Positions 63,804-64,000 of a stretch of DNA of 64,000 bases are shown in pieces; position 1 is the stretch's first letter, and the number at the start of each line of letters is the position of its first letter. The position numbers and the translations under genes were made by a program. The DNA comes from an uncultured Candidatus Saccharibacteria bacterium (GTDB taxonomy: Bacteria; Patescibacteriota; CPR2_A; CAYFQT01): positions 4,634 to 68,633 of the forward strand of contig CAYFQT010000024.1 of the NCBI GenBank assembly GCA_964345445.1, read 5' to 3'. The notes under the pieces are model-generated. The model did no database searches and was not told where the DNA came from. It was given only the letters and a program-made list of their open reading frames with translations.

Positions 63804-64000
63804 TATAATATTAACAAATATCAAAATTCAAAGTGTAAAGTGCAAAATGAAAATGTAAAATTTAAAATATTTTTTATTTGTAATTTTATTTTTTGATTTT
63901 TAATATTTGATATTATTGATAGGAGGATTGATATCATGAAAGAATTACTTACAGAATTTAAAGAATTAAACAAGAAAATTGAACATACAAAGGGGTGTCT

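Noticed and set aside
1-64000. CRISPR array possibility for the repetitive intergenic sequences
   Set aside because: The repeats are not constant direct repeats separated by unique spacers. They are degenerate word arrays with inverted symmetry that differ by locus, and no cas gene neighbourhood is present. The Cas2-fold domain at 56871-57425 is fused to a wHTH, which is the PaaX arrangement, and has no array next to it.
1-64000. tRNA, tmRNA and rRNA genes
   Set aside because: I looked for T-loop GGTTCGAATCC-type motifs and the CCA-adjacent tmRNA tRNA-like end in all GC-elevated non-coding stretches. I found no convincing cloverleaf. The gatctggctcag string at 46448-46459 resembles the 16S 5' end only over 12 nt. 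Absence needs confirmation with tRNAscan-SE, ARAGORN and Infernal.

Overview
This is a low-GC (~30%) bacterial chromosomal segment; standard genetic code (UGA is used as a stop, e.g. greA). It carries the S10/spc/alpha ribosomal-protein cluster: partial rplV-region tail, rpsC, rplP, rpmC, rpsQ, rplN, rplX, rplE, rpsZ, rpsH, rplF, rplR, rpsE, rplO, secY, adk, map, infA, rpmJ, rpsM, rpsK, rpsD, rpoA, rplQ, rplM, rpsI. After it come cdaA-cdaR, ileS, a SEDS protein, rplU, lepB, an LCP protein, ogt, htrA, a minus-strand rpmE-prfA-prmC operon, rpsB-tsf-pyrH-frr-uppS-rseP, archaeal-type proS, mreBCD-mrdA, folD, greA, class I lysK, serS, hpf, secA, and a terminal cluster of secreted/surface proteins. 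No rpmD (L30) lies between rpsE and rplO. Together with class I LysRS, archaeal-type ProRS and Lys-rich tails on many ribosomal proteins, this points to a Patescibacteria/CPR-like organism; that is inference, not proof. The most striking feature is non-coding. Nearly every intergenic spacer in this normally compact cluster is expanded to 60-300 bp. Each is filled with a quasi-palindromic array built from short 'words', and at least seven word families recur, each reused upstream of different genes. One family adds a covarying hairpin right after the stop codon and a conserved leader just before the RBS. Some arrays run into the 3' ends of genes and encode their C-terminal tails. Four ORF-poor, GC-elevated regions were also found: 46.3-47.65 kb, 49.28-49.47 kb, 51.7-52.4 kb and 57.7-58.65 kb. 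Three of them follow a conserved AACTCTTGACA-N17-TAnnAT promoter. They contain strongly structured RNA-like elements, including a 209-nt domain with two tandem covarying three-hairpin modules, which are candidate novel ncRNAs or cis-regulatory leaders. A PaaX/Cas2-fold regulator gene is bracketed by identical 40-bp direct repeats, with a third copy elsewhere. rpmJ (L36) was missed by the ORF track and was recovered by hand. No tRNA, rRNA or CRISPR array was found.
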